This document shows, piece by piece, positions 1 through 12,479 of a stretch of DNA of 64,000 nucleotides. Position 1 is the stretch's first letter. Each line of letters opens with the position of its first letter. The stretch lies in the NCBI RefSeq assembly GCF_006345805.1, contig NC_042999.1, positions 66,898,001-66,962,000 of the forward strand. Direction: 5' to 3'. The stretch is from Octopus sinensis. Lineage: Eukaryota. The notes beneath the pieces are model-generated. The model was given only the letters and a program-made list of their open reading frames with translations, did no database searches and was not told the origin of the DNA. The translations under genes and the position numbers were made by a program.

Positions 1-159
1 CATAGACCCCCAGTGTTTCACTGGTACTTAATTCATCGACCCCGAAAGGATGAAAAGCAAAGTCGACATCATTGGAATTTGAACTCTGAACCTGAAGACG
101 CACGAAATGCTGCTAGGCATTTCACCCGACATACTAACGATTCTGCCAGCTCGCTGCCT
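1..159 (-). mobile_element. tRNA-derived SINE, family A (5' part, cut by window edge)
   Basis: Reverse complement reads ggcagcgagctggcagaatcgttag...gagttcaaattcc...gtcgactttgc (A/B-box-like head); homologous to copies at 2463, 14878 and 52185. Confidence 0.85.
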
Positions 160-162
160 TCA

Positions 163-208
163 TAATAATAATAATAATAATAGAAATAATAATAATAATA
201 ATAATAGA

Positions 209-283
<75 letters not shown>
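163..283 (+). repeat. (AAT)n microsatellite
   Basis: Direct reading; source of the poly-N ORF 107-439. Confidence 0.98.
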
Positions 284-843
284 TGTACTGCTCTGATGAA
301 GTACCAGACAGTGGCTCTCATGGCTGCTGATCTTAACAGATTGGAAGTGTTATCATGTACATTGTTTAGTCCTGATATAAAAGATGGGCTACACCAAATA
401 TTCTGCTCAATACCACAGATTTGCTTATCAGGTGTTTGACCTTAACCAGTTGACTATGTTCCTTAGTGGCTGACGTTATCTTCATCTCTGATTATGAGCA
501 GAAGTTGTAAAGGAGGATCATAGCCATGTGTTGAAAGTAATTCTTTGGGGTTTGGCTAATTCACCTCTGGAAAGATGGGTGTTTCGTTGAACATCCCTAA
601 ACAACCCTTATTCAGGGACCTTTTGAGCGGGAGGGATTACTTGACTAGAAGAAAATTCTAACTGGGCCCCACCTGCAAGGTCATGTGCTGTTTATCTTGA
701 TATGAGATCACCATGTCGCTCACATAGGGTTGTGATGCATATGCCTAGTGTACCCTTATCAGACGGGTAGTCATGATGGGTATACTGGACTTCGTATAAT
801 TTACCCCAGTGTCACTTTGATGGCATGCACTGCTCTCTCACTC
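284..843 (+). mobile_element. ~560 bp non-coding interspersed element (family F) embedded in (AAT)n
   Basis: Colinear second copy at 62034-62588; both are flanked by (AAT)n and end in ctctctcactc(aat)n. Partial 3' duplicate at ~881-1020. Confidence 0.8.
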
Positions 844-1072
844 AATAATAATAATGATGATGATGATGATAATAATAACATTGTTTATCTTGATATGAGA
901 TCACCATACATATGGTTGTGATGTATATGTCTGGTGCAACCTTATCAGACGGACGGTCATGATAGGCTTCCTATAATCGGATCCCAGTATCAGTTTGATG
1001 GCAAGCGCTGCTCTCGCTCAATAATCTTTAATATTATTATTGTTGTTGTTGTTGTTGTTGTTTTTTCTACTA

Positions 1073-1283
1073 TTGGTACAACGCCTGAAATTTTGCGGGG
1101 AGTAGGCAATCGATTACTTCAATTCCAATACTCAACTGGTAATTAATGTATCTCTCCCAAATGGATGAAAGGCAAAGTCGACCTCGGCAGAATCTGAGCT
1201 CAGAGCACAAAGATTTGGAAGAAACACTGCAAATCATTTCTTTCTACGCTCTAACGAATCTGCCAGTTCGCCATATTAACAAC
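1073..1283 (-). mobile_element. tRNA-derived SINE, family A (degenerate)
   Basis: ggatgaaaggcaaagtcgacctcggcagaatctgagctcag is the reverse complement of the family A B-box region. Confidence 0.75.
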
Positions 1284-1371
1284 AGCAACAACATGAGCAA
1301 CAATAACAAGGATAATAATCAGAACAATAATCTTCTTATATAATAATGACCGTAGTGTTTTTATGTTCTTG

Positions 1372-1797
1372 GTCTCAAGCATTTGTCTTATGAAGAAAGG
1401 CTGAAGACGCTCGACCTTTATTCTCTAGAAAAACAACGACACCGTGCTGATCTCATTCTCGCTCACAACATCATAAACGGAAAGTGTAACCACTCGAAAG
1501 AGCTGTTCTTCACTCCTACTCCAGAGCATCGGCTGCGGGATCACTCCGAAAAGCTCTATCTGCGACGATTTCATCTCAATCGAAGGAGAGGGACTTTCTC
1601 CGTCCGGGTTGCGGATCCGTGGAATAAGCTGCCGGACGAGATAGTGAAGATGCCGACGACCGCTCGCTTCAAAGACTCTCTTGACCAGAAATGGCCTGAA
1701 CTCTTTGCGTGAACACCCTCCCTGTACATAACTCCATGTCCCCCTACATGGCCTTGCTTTTGCTTTTTGAGCCAAAAAATTAACTTAACTTAACTTA
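1372..1797 (+). mobile_element. CR1/L2-clade LINE 3' end (ORF2 C-terminus, 3' UTR, (TAACT)n tail)
   Basis: ORF 1383-1712 SYEERLKTLDLYSLEKQR...FSVRVADPWNKLP matches the typical CR1-type ORF2 C-terminus; 3' UTR hairpin ccatgt-ccccct-acatgg; short tandem tail at 1781-1797. Confidence 0.85.
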
Positions 1798-2462
1798 TAT
1801 ATTTGTATTTATATATAATTGTCTAAAATCACGTAGTAGCAGTGGGTGAGAGACATAAATATGGGAATATTTATATAAGAAAATCGACAAATAAATACAC
1901 CTTTAAGAAATATAAAACTGCAATAGCGAAGTCAAAAAACAGAAATGGCTACCGAACCGATTCAACTAAAAAGAGAATTAAAATTATGGTATAAATATAC
2001 ATAGAAACCATCACTCTTCATATACTGAAAAGAAAAATTATAATTAAAATGTAAGTGTAGACCAGCACGTGGTGGTAGACAAGAGACAAAAAATAAATGA
2101 AGCAAGCACACAGCTAAGTGATGGGAGAGGAGAGAAAATAGTAATTCAGTAAAGGAGAAGTAGTGAGAGTAATAGCCATGACTGACAGAGAGTGAGATAT
2201 AGCAATAAGAGGAAGTGTTAAAGAGAGCGTCGTGTTCACTATACACACACATATGCATATATATTTATGTATATAAATCACAAGGGCAGAGCTTCACTAA
2301 AGTTGGCATCATCCTACCAACCTACCAGTATTCAATCATGGACAACTTTATGTTGCATTGAGTAGAAGTAGAAACAGTAATAATATCAAAACGTTGGTAA
2401 AGGAAAATCCATAAATCGAGGCGAACCCATTAGTAATCGGGTTTTCGCTAGAAACGTGGTGT

Positions 2463-2870
2463 TGGAGCTGGCAGAACCGGTAGCACGCCGGGCGAAATGC
2501 TTAGCGGTATTTCGTCTGCCACTACGTTCTGACTTCAAATTCCACCGAGGCCGACTTTGCCTTTCATTCGGGGTCGATTAAATAAGTACCTGTTACGCAC
2601 TGGGGTCGATGTAATCGACTTCATCCGTTTGTCTGTCCTTGTTTGTCCCCTCTATGTGTAGCCCCTTGTGGGTAGTAAAGAAATAGGTATTTCGTCTGCC
2701 GCTACGTTCTGAGTTCAAATTCCGTCGAGGTCGACTTTGCCTTTCACCTTTTGTGGTCGATAAATTAAGTACCAGTTACGCACTGGGGTCGACGTAATCG
2801 ACTTTATCCCTTTGTCTCTCCTTGTTTGTCCCCTGTATGTTTAGCCACTTGTGGGCAATAAAGAAATAAG
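2463..2870 (+). mobile_element. SINE family A, full copy plus tandem headless second unit
   Basis: gagctggcagaaccggtagcacgccgggcgaaatg...agtaaagaaata, then restart at ggtatttcgtctgccgctacg (~2687). Confidence 0.88.
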
Positions 2871-3159
2871 AAGCAATTGTTAAGATAAAGTTTTATTTTT
2901 CGTATCATTTTCATGTCGTTATTTCTGACGGCACGGGTACACTAGTAACAATACTAATAGACATATTAAATCCAATTGTGCTAGAAGCAATAATAAAATC
3001 GCAAAACATCCACACAGACGAAGAATAAAGGAATGATGGTGATGTAATTAAATCCACCGACAACATGATATTACGATCATACATATCAGCAGAAAGAGTA
3101 AGACTAACGATAACATCAAAGTTTTAATAAGGCTGTGATGTTCACCGACCGCATCCGCT

Positions 3160-3436
3160 CAGTCATCATCATCAGTAGTAACATCACAATCGTCATTGTC
3201 ATCATCCTCATCATTATGATCCTCATCATCATCATCCTCATCATTATGATCCTCATCCTCATCATCCTCATCATTATGATCCTCATCATCATCATAACAT
3301 CATGATCTCCATTACATTCATGAATATCATATTCACAATATTCAGTATCTTCATCACAATCACCATCACCAGCATCATCACCATCAGCAGCAGCAGCAGC
3401 AGTAGTAGCAGTATCGCTAAGAGCAGCTGAAGCATG

Positions 3437-3484
<48 letters not shown>

Positions 3485-3830
3485 GTCATCATCATCATCA
3501 TCATCCCAATCATCATCGTTATCCTTACAATCATCAACCCCATCCTCATCCCCATCCTCTTCTACCTCATCTTCACCTCATCCTTCTTATCCCCATCATC
3601 CTCATCCCCCCATCCTTATCCTAATCCTACCTATCATCATCAGTAACAGCGATGCATCCCCTTTATCACCATCGCCGGCAACAGCAGCAGTGCTTCACCA
3701 TTGCCATCATCTCCCATCATGTTCAGCAGCATCATCAGCATCATTGTCATCATTAACATCACCACCACTTCGCTTCTACTATACCGTATCATTACGTCGT
3801 CGTCGTCAACAACAGTAGTAACAACAATAT
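3160..3830 (+). repeat. (CAT)n/(CAG)n/(CAC)n low-complexity tract
   Basis: Direct reading; explains the poly-I/M ORFs. Confidence 0.9.
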
Positions 3831-3951
3831 CTTTCAAAAGATCAACTATAAAAATTAAAATACCGCCATTTAATCCCGATAGTATCATTAGTGGAATTTT
3901 TAGATTAATTTCATGAATATGTTGCAGGAAGAATTGTGTGAACATCTAGAG

Positions 3952-4526
3952 CGGTGGTTCTCGGCCGTGTCGAGGCGGCGAGCTTGCAGAGTCGTTAGCA
4001 CGCTGGACAAAATACTTAGCAGTATTTCGCCCGTCACTACGTTCTGGGGTCAAATTCCCCCGAGGTCGATTTTGGTTTTCATCCTCTCGCGGTCGATAAA
4101 TTAAGTACCAGTGAAACACTGAAGACGATATAATTGACTAGTACCTTCCCCTCAAATTTCAAGCCTTGTGCCTTTAGTAGAAAGGTTCTCGACCGAGTCC
4201 ATATGGCCTTTGAAGGTCCATATAAGATTTGAGGTGGGGTCCACACAGCAAATTAGTAAATTGCAAATCCACAATAGTATTTTGATGGCCCCTGAAAAAG
4301 TTTGCCTTAGATGTATGTATTGGTATGTATTGCAAGCAATAGGTAGGGTTTTTTTCTCTAACATTTTACATAGTTCAACCTACACACGTAAATGTGTAAA
4401 AGACGAAATAGGAATTTGAAAGAAGCATCATTAAAACTAGTTTTTAACATTGAATGGATATGGGGGTCCACCCGAATAAAATAGCAATCAAAGGGTCCAC
4501 AGGTAAACAATGGTTGGGAATCCCTG
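3952..4526. mobile_element. hAT-type MITE with 8-bp TSD, interrupted by a SINE A copy (~3973-4180)
   Basis: Identical ATCTAGAG at 3944-3951 and 4527-4534; degenerate TIRs cggtggttctcggcc / ggttgggaatccctg (CAGTGGTTCYCAACC-like). Confidence 0.8.
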
Positions 4527-4589
4527 ATCTAGAGCATTGATTAAATACCTAATTCTTGTTATTAATGCTGCAGTTATTACTGCAGCTAG

Positions 4590-5460
4590 ACATCTTGTCG
4601 ATGAAATAAGTACCAGTTCAATACTGGGGGATCGATGTAATCAACTTACACCGTCCCCCGAAAGTTCTGGCTTTGTGCCAAAAATTGAAGCTAAAGGCAG
4701 TGTGTTCGCAGAATCTTTAGCACACCTTTAAGGCTGCGAGCTGGCAGAACTGTTAGCAAGCTGGTAGAAATGCTTAGCGGTATTTCGTCTGCCGCTACGT
4801 TCTGAGTTCAAATTCCGCCAAGGTCGACTTTGCCTTTCATCCTTTCAGGGTCGATTAAATAAGTACCAGTTGCGCACTGGGGTCGATGTAATCGACTTAA
4901 TCCGTTTGTCTGTTCTTGTTTGTCCTCTCTGTGTTTAGCCCCTTGTGGGTAGTAAAGAAATACGTATTTCGTTCTGAGTTCAAATTCCGCCGAGGTCGAC
5001 TATGCCTTTCACGGTCGATAAAAGCACTGGGGTCGATGTAATCAATTACCCCGCTTCCCCAAAATTTCAGGCATTGTGCCTATTGTAGAAGGTGTTATTA
5101 CTGCTACTGTTATTACTAGAGTTATTACTACCAGTCTCCTAGTTCATATTATTACTGCTGTTCATCTTCAAGTTGTTATTACTAGTAATGACATTACTTC
5201 TGTTACTAATGCTAGACACTTAGTTCTTGTTGTTGTTCTTATTGTTACTTTTAAGACAGTCACTTGGCATAATCGGTAACACGCCTGGCAAAATGCTTAG
5301 CGACAAGTCTTTTGGTTTTATGTTGAGTTCAAATTCAGCTGAGGTCGGCTTAGCTTTTTCTCCCTTCGGAGTCGATCAATATGCATCTAGTTGAGCACTG
5401 GGGTTGATGCATTCGAGTAACCTCCGCCCTCAAAATTTCAGACATTATTCCTATCGCAGA
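4590..5460 (+). mobile_element. Cluster of SINE A copies and fragments
   Basis: Family A segments at ~4590-4700, 4735-5090 (with tandem restart at ~4962) and 5265-5460. Confidence 0.75.
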
Positions 5461-5811
5461 AAAATTTATTGCTGTTGATGTTGCGGTTGTTGTTGTTGCT
5501 GTTGTTGTCTTCTTCATCATCATCTTTTTCTTCTTCCAATCAGGACTCACAAAGAATAATCTCTAATTCGAGCCTATTCTACGCTACTAAGAATGCGTGT
5601 GGCAACTTGAAGATCCACCCACCACACGTGATAGACTGGCGGCTGCACGGGCGCCAAAGCTACGTTGTTATCCTCATTCCATAAACGGTGACTTTTTTAA
5701 TGGGTGGAGAGCTGAAACATCCTGGGGTACAGAGGATTCGCAAACTACACTAGGGTCTGGAAGTTTTACCACACCACAGTGAGTTACACCATGGTTCCCC
5801 AGCTTTGTGGA

Positions 5812-6002
5812 AGAAGTAGGACGAAAGAGAGAAAATCGTGGTAAAAGAGTACAGCGGGATTCACCACCCACCCCCCGCCGGAGCATCGTGGAACTTAGGT
5901 GTTTTAGCTCAATAGACACTCACAATATCCGGACCGGGAATCGAACCGCGTTCTTACGACCGCGAATCCGCTGCCCTAATCACTTGGCCATTGCGCCTCC
6001 AC
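5812..6002 (-). mobile_element. tRNA-derived SINE, family C (head probably tRNA-Arg, TCG-like)
   Basis: Reverse complement ggaggcgcaatggccaagtgattagggcagcggattcgcggtcgtaagaacgcggttcgattccc; homologous to 20853 and 51232. Confidence 0.82.
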
Positions 6003-6449
6003 TACTGTTGGTGTTGTTTAGCTCTTGGACATTTCTGATTGAGCAACCCTATGATCAAAAGTTATTCTTGTAGTCACAATCCCATCTTATACTAAGATGC
6101 ATATACAAAAGTCAAAGACAATACATTTCTAGTAACGAATATATCGTTTATAAAGGTCAGTTGTTTTCATTTGTGTGTGTATGTGTGTGTATGTGTGTGT
6201 ATGTGTGTGTATGTATGTCCACGGATAACTAATTTCACAGCGAGAATAATATGTATTTTATAAATAGTATATATTACTTCTGTAATATATATATGATATA
6301 ACCTCGCTGTGGTTATATCATAACTACACTGTATTAGTAATCCTGTTATTCATACCTAAATACAAACTTTCTTTCATTATATAAATTGTTGTATACGTGT
6401 CATAATGTTTACATTTTCCATAATTTGCTTTATGTATCTAAATTTTACT

Positions 6450-6612
6450 AGGCGCAGGAGTGGCTGTGTGGTAAGCAGCTTGCTTACCAAGCACATGGTT
6501 CCGGGTTCATTCCCACAGCATGGCTCCTTGGGCAAGTATCTTCTACTATAGTCTCGGGCCGACCAAAGCCTTGTGATCGGATTTGGTAGATGGAAACTGA
6601 AAGAAGCCCGTC

Positions 6613-6671
<59 letters not shown>

Positions 6672-6868
6672 GTGTGTGTGTGTGTGTGTGTGTGTATGTT
6701 TATGTGTCTGTGTTTCTCGCTTAACAACCGATGCTGGTGTATTTACGTCCCTGTAACAAAAGAGACCGATAGAATAAGTACTAGGCTTACAAAGAATAAG
6801 TCCTGGGGTTGATTTGCTCGACTAAAGGCGGTGCTCTACTGAAACAAGTAAAAGAGTAAAAGAGAGTA
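6450..6868 (+). mobile_element. tRNA-derived SINE, family B (internal (TA)/(GT) microsatellite)
   Basis: ggcgcaggagtggctgtgtggtaag...ggttccgggttca...gactgaaacaagtaaaagag tail; about ten copies in the window. Confidence 0.9.
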
Positions 6869-7514
6869 CTGATAGGCAGAGTAAACCATCACTAATGATC
6901 AATTAATGCAAGACAAAAACTAGCCACCCAGCCACAGAGACAGAAGCCTATCCGTCGACGGGCTTCCGTACATTCTCACTTCACTCGCGAGGTTTGGAGA
7001 GAGAGACGAGGTTTACACTTCCCCAAATAACCGTACACTGAGATCGAATGGAGAACCACGAGATGATGTGCAACCTTGATAACTTCACGGCTATGTTTAT
7101 TGGACTATTGATCACAGAATTAAAACTGTTCAGTGCTATAACTTATGGCAAGATGCATCTCTTTTATCGACGAAATGTTATATGTATTAATACCATAAAG
7201 TACTACAAAAATCGAAGAGCACAGCGCAGATAGCATAAAAGAAAAAATGGTAGATATAGGTCATTCTTTAATAGTCAAATAAAGGCCAAAATATGATTGG
7301 CTCCCAGTCATGTGATTTTGGATTTGATTTCTTGTCACGGCACCTTGAACAAGTTTCTTCCAACATAAGCACATTTTACTAATCTTGTGAATAGAATTAT
7401 GTAGATGGCAGTCATGCGGTAATCGGTCACAAATATATACATATGCAAACATACACTACATACACCACACACACACACACATAATACACACACATATACA
7501 TATATATATATATT

Positions 7515-7597
<83 letters not shown>

Positions 7598-7639
7598 TTG
7601 TATATATGTATGTGTGTGTGTCTATATATGTGTGTGTGT

Positions 7640-7715
7640 GAAGAAGAAGAAGAAGAAGAAGAAGAAGAAGAAGAAGGTGAAGAAGAAGAAGAAGAAGAAG
7701 AAGAAGAAGAAGAAG

Positions 7716-7746
<31 letters not shown>

Positions 7747-7858
7747 GAAGAAGGTGAAGAAGGTGAAGAAGGTGAAGAAGAAGAAGAAGTTGAAGAAGTT
7801 GAAGAAGAAGAAGTAGTTGAAGAAGAAGAAGAAGAAGAAGAAGAAGAAGAAGAAGAAG
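7640..7858 (+). repeat. (GAA)n microsatellite
   Basis: Direct reading; explains the poly-E/K ORFs. Confidence 0.97.
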
Positions 7859-8496
7859 AGCTGTGTCGGAAAATCTTCTGTGATTGTTTAAAGCTGTTTA
7901 CGGAATATCGACTAACCGGATTTGGGTATTATTTAGCTTTTATGTAAATAAACAATTTCACTTTATGATAGATATTGGAGCTTGTTTTTTTAGAGAGTCT
8001 AGGTTGGTCTTGCAACGAGTAGATCTTTTTAAGGGACATTTTTAATGTCGTCTGCACGGACAGTCAAATGCTAATTTATGCTGCTTAATTTGAATTAAGA
8101 ATATCGATAAATCTAGTAGTGATTTAATTAGTATTCAATAGGGAAGAAAAGGACGTTATTAGTTTATAATCAATTTATATCTTACTCATTCATGTACATC
8201 GATGCCCAAAGCAATATTCGTAGTTACAAAAGGTATTATTGAACTTGAAATGGAATTATGGAAGGCAAAAATTGATATAATTTGAAAATATATAATTCCA
8301 TAACATAAAATTATTGTAGGAGTGTGTTAACTTGTTCCCTTGTTTTCTAAATTATTCTCTATTTTTATCAGACAAAACTGCTGTGATGTAACGTTGAAAA
8401 GCAATCTCAGATGTGGGCTCCACCAGATCTAAACCTGCCCAAGACTCATCGCATATCACAGCAAGGCTTCTCTTAAGAGATGGTTTCAAATTTTGC

Positions 8497-8660
8497 CACA
8501 AGGCCAGCAATTTCAGAGAAGTGGGTAAGTCGATTACACCGACCCCCAGTGTTCAACTAGTTCTTATTTGAGAGACAATTTGAACTGAGGACGTAAAGTC
8601 AGAAGAAAAGTATCTAAGCATTTTCCCGCTGCGATAAGGACTCTGCCAGCTTGCCACCTG
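8497..8660 (-). mobile_element. SINE A (degenerate)
   Basis: gtcgattacaccgacccccagtg...gactctgccagcttgccacc matches the reverse complement of family A. Confidence 0.7.
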
Positions 8661-8879
8661 AGGTATCTCTTAAATGTCGATAGAAATACACGTGTATCGT
8701 CTTAAATAAATGTTTATAGACATATTTTGCGATATGCCGAAATTAGTGTAGGTCAGTGAAAGAATATATAACAGTTTTTTTTTTGTATTTTTTATTGTAG
8801 TTTTTTGCCATTAAATTAATAATCTCCTATTTCAATAAGAATCTATCAAATTTAACAAGTGGATTCCTTAAACAATTCG

Positions 8880-10150
8880 GTTAAATTTTCTCACATATCA
8901 GTACCGGGATTTATTTAACATATAATAATTTTTTCAAAATTAAGATAAACAAAGTTCCTTATTAATCTTAAATATACTATCCTTCATTTTCTACAATGCT
9001 CTTCCATCTATCTGGTAGAATTGCAAGGCCCCTCTTTCAAAATTCACTTGTCTGTGACGAAAAATATTCCCCCTGTACTGTTCTGACCTCGTCTACAGAA
9101 TTCATATTTTTTCTGTCCAAATGATTTTGAAGACTGTGGAATAAATGATAATCAGATGGGACAATATGGTGGGTGGGGAGCCGTTTCCCATCCAAAATGT
9201 TCTAGCTTTTGGAATGTCATCTTCGCTGTAAGCGGCCGAGTATTATCCTCAAAGAAGAACACCTTTCGTCTTGAAACCAAAGATGGTCGTTTTTCGTCTA
9301 GCGCTGATGTAAGCCGCTCAAGCTCCTCTCTTTGTTATCTCTTGGTTTAGGTTTAAAAGTTCAAAGTGGACTAAACCTTTCATATCCCACCAAACAAATA
9401 ACACCTTACGTGGGTGACGACCTTCTTTAACATGAGTGGCCAGTGTTTCTCCTTCCCTTACCCGCTGTTTTCGGTGCTTGACATTTTTATAGAGAACCCA
9501 TTTTTTGTCACCAGTCACTATTCGGTTCAAAAAATGGGTTCGTCGTGAGGCGCGACAGCTCAGAAGAGCACACATTCACTCTCTGCACGCGATTAGATAC
9601 GGAAAGTTAGTGAGGAACCCATTGACCCATTTTGCTAACTTTTGCGATGGCACACTGGTGTCGATGAATGGTTGAATAAGTAAATCCAAGCTTCTCCGCT
9701 AGTTCCTCAACAGTTACGGTGGGCTTTTGTTCCACTAGAGTTTGCAGGACGTCCTTGTCGAGCTCTACAGATCTTCCAGGATGAGGCTTGTCTTCTAGGC
9801 TGTAGTTTCCGGCTCGGAATTTTAGAACCAACGTTGACATTCGCTTACGCTAATTGTCCGATCCCCATATATTGCATTAATATTCCTCGCACTTTCCGTT
9901 GCATTGTTGCCTTTATTAGTCTCATAAAGCAAAGTATGCCAAATATGCTCCTTTGTCACTTCCATTATAGCTTTGAAAAAAATAACTGTTAAAATCGAAC
10001 TGCACTCTTCAAAACTTGCACTAAGAATAAGGACAAAGTAAAATTACTACCTGCTTATATAGCAAGTTTATGCAGTTAGTTTATCCCGCCCCCTTCCGAC
10101 TTTTAGTTCAAGCAGTTGAAAAATCCGCATTATATATGGGATGACTCAAT
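8880..10150 (-). pseudogene. Decayed mariner (Tc1/mariner) transposon; transposase about 9965 to 8972
   Basis: Minus-strand translation: MEVTKEHIWHTLLYE...KFRAGNYSLEDKPHPGR...GQWVPH...RIVTGDKKW...WWD...HPPY..SDYHLF...DRWKSIVENEG, with stops and frameshifts. 5' TIR-like tattgagtcatcccatatataatgcgg at ~10123-10150; left TIR weak. Confidence 0.9.
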
Positions 10151-10534
10151 ACTAACTTCAATAATAGAAATTTTATTTCTAAATTGTAGCAATTTTAGTC
10201 TTCCATATTCTTAGGAATATCGCTCCAGGCATCGATGGACCTGAGTGATGGAGTTATAAATTGATTATAAACTAATAGCATCCTCTTCTTCCTTATTGAA
10301 TACTAATTAAATCACAAATAGAATTATCGATATTCTTAATTCGGAATTAAATAGCATAAATTACCATTTGACTGTCCAAACAGATTACATTACGAACGTC
10401 CCTTAAAAAAGTCTTACTCTTTGTAAGTTCATACGTTTTATAAAATATCCCCTGATAGCTAGTCCATCAACTGAATTAATTTATTTCGATAACTAAATCC
10501 CATTACACGATATTTCATTAACATCTTTGAAGCA

Positions 10535-10780
10535 GTAAGCACGGCTGTGTGGTTAAGAACCTCCCTCTCTGTAGTCACCGCGCTTCGGTTTCAGTCCCAT
10601 CGCGCAATAACTTGAGCAGCTCTCTTTTACTATAGAGCCTCGGATCGATCGATCGATACTCTGAGAGGGAATTTGGTAGATGGAGACTGTCAGGAACCTT
10701 GTCGTTTATACACTTTATGGTTGTTGCAATCAATGGGCTGCGGCCATGCTGGAGCAATGCCTTAAAACGTATTAGTCAAA
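10535..10780 (+). mobile_element. SINE B, degenerate fragment
   Basis: cacggctgtgtggttaag...ctatagagcctcgg...tttggtagatgga...gctgcggccatgctggagc. Confidence 0.65.
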
Positions 10781-11308
10781 CAAATCTCCCCAATAATTCC
10801 TTTTAAAAAATTTGCAACATATTCTATTGTTCCTTTTTTGCCGAACCACTATGTTACGTATATATAAGCAAACCAGCACCGGTTGTCGAACAGTGGTGGA
10901 AGACAAACACAAACCCCCCCCCACACACACACACACACACATATTTTTTTATTGAAACTGAAAATCTATCTTGCAACTCAAGTTTCACACCACTTCTGTC
11001 TTTTGGCGAGAAATGTTGTAACTTAATATTAGTGGTGCATTTATATCCTTTGGCTCGTGTTGCGCACTCTAGCGTATCAGTTTTTTTCATTGATTTGCAT
11101 TTCGCGTTCATTAATTGGGCACGGTATTTCTGGCCACTTCATTGGCTGTTTAGATTATTTTAGTGTGAAATTTAGTATTCGTATTTCTTGTAATTGTAGG
11201 TCGGAGAGGGTGTTATTAATTTGTTTCGGTTGTGGTGGCTAGTTGGTGATGAAGCGTAGTATTTTGACTGTGTGTAAGGTGAATTTTTTTTTCAAAAGGG
11301 TTAATTAT

Positions 11309-11504
11309 AGGCTCAGAAGTGGCTGTGTGGTAAGAAACTTGCTTACCAGCCACATGGTTCCGGGTTCAGTCCCACTGCGTGGCACCTTGGGCAAGTGTCT
11401 TCTACTATAGCCTTGGGCCGACCAAAGCTTTGTGAGTGGATTTGGTAGACAGAAACTGAAAGAAGCCCGTCGTATATATATGTGTATGTGTGTGTATGTG
11501 TGTG

Positions 11505-11539
<35 letters not shown>

Positions 11540-11567
11540 GTACGTGTGTGTGTGTGTGTGTGTGTGT

Positions 11568-11608
<41 letters not shown>

Positions 11609-11810
11609 TGTGTGTGTGTGTGTGTGTGTGTGTGTCTCTCTCTCTCTTTTGTACCCCCAACATCGCTTGACAACCGATGCTGGTGTGTTTACGTCCCCGA
11701 AGCTTAGCGGTCGGCACAAGAGACCGAGAATAAGTCCTGGGGTTGATTTGCTCGACTAAATGCGGTGCTCCAGCATGGCCGCAGTCAAATGACTGAAACA
11801 AGTAAAACAG
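11309..11810 (+). mobile_element. SINE B with expanded (GT)n
   Basis: Near-consensus head and tail; (GT)n at 11480-11635. Confidence 0.9.
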
Positions 11811-12229
11811 TGAAGTGCAAAGAGTATATTGGTGAAGAGTTATGAAACTAACTCTGGATATACCTATTGGGAATAGCTATACTCCTAATGAATTGTGCTT
11901 GATTTGGGTGGCGTACTTTGTGATTAAATAAAAACATATCTTAAGAATTTTTTCTTTTCTTCTTTTGGAAAAGATATTCGTGTGCGTATGGGTCATGTAG
12001 TTTTGATTTCTATAGATTTTTACTTTTGGCATGTTTTACATGTACTCAAGATATTTTTGTGTTACTATGTGCAAGGGAGTGTGTGGTCATGTTCTTCGTG
12101 TTCGATAGGTGTTTGTAATTTTGTCAGCAGTGATAGAACATATTTTTAAAAGATAAAAGAAGAGATTGTGAGTTTAGGAACGTTTATAAGTGGTGTTAGT
12201 TGTGAAGGATATGTGGCTTAATGGCTAGG

Positions 12230-12455
12230 AAGTATTCGGCTCAAGATCGTAAGGCCATGAGTTCAATTCCCGGCGATACGTTGTGTCCTTGAGCAAGAAA
12301 CTTTGTTTTTTATTTCTCCAACCCACTCAGCTGGTAAAAGTGAGCAGTACTTGTATTTCAAAGGGCCAACATTGTCACACTCTGTGTCACGCTGAATCTC
12401 CCTGAGAACTGCGTTAAGTGTATGCGCGTCTGTGTGATGCTCAGCCACTTGCAGA
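12230..12455 (+). mobile_element. tRNA-derived SINE, family E
   Basis: gtggcttaatggctagg...gagttcaattccc...ttgtcacactctgtgtcacgctgaatctccc; homologous to the minus-strand copy at 57358-57680. Confidence 0.75.
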
Positions 12456-12479
12456 ATCAACTTGAAAACAATTCATCTT

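Noticed and set aside
292-330. CTGATGA at the start of family F as a hammerhead core
   Set aside because: No stem II-GAAA-stem III downstream, and the motif is absent in the second copy (ttgatgc).
8371-8480. Possible exon after the polypyrimidine-AG at 8370
   Set aside because: All three frames hit stops within 60 nt and there is no convincing donor or partner exon.
11765-11810. SINE B tail ccgcAGTCaaatGACT-GAAA-caa-GTA-aaag resembling a 3' half hammerhead
   Set aside because: No CUGANGA-like 7-nt core and no stem I partner upstream; may be a relic but is unsupported.
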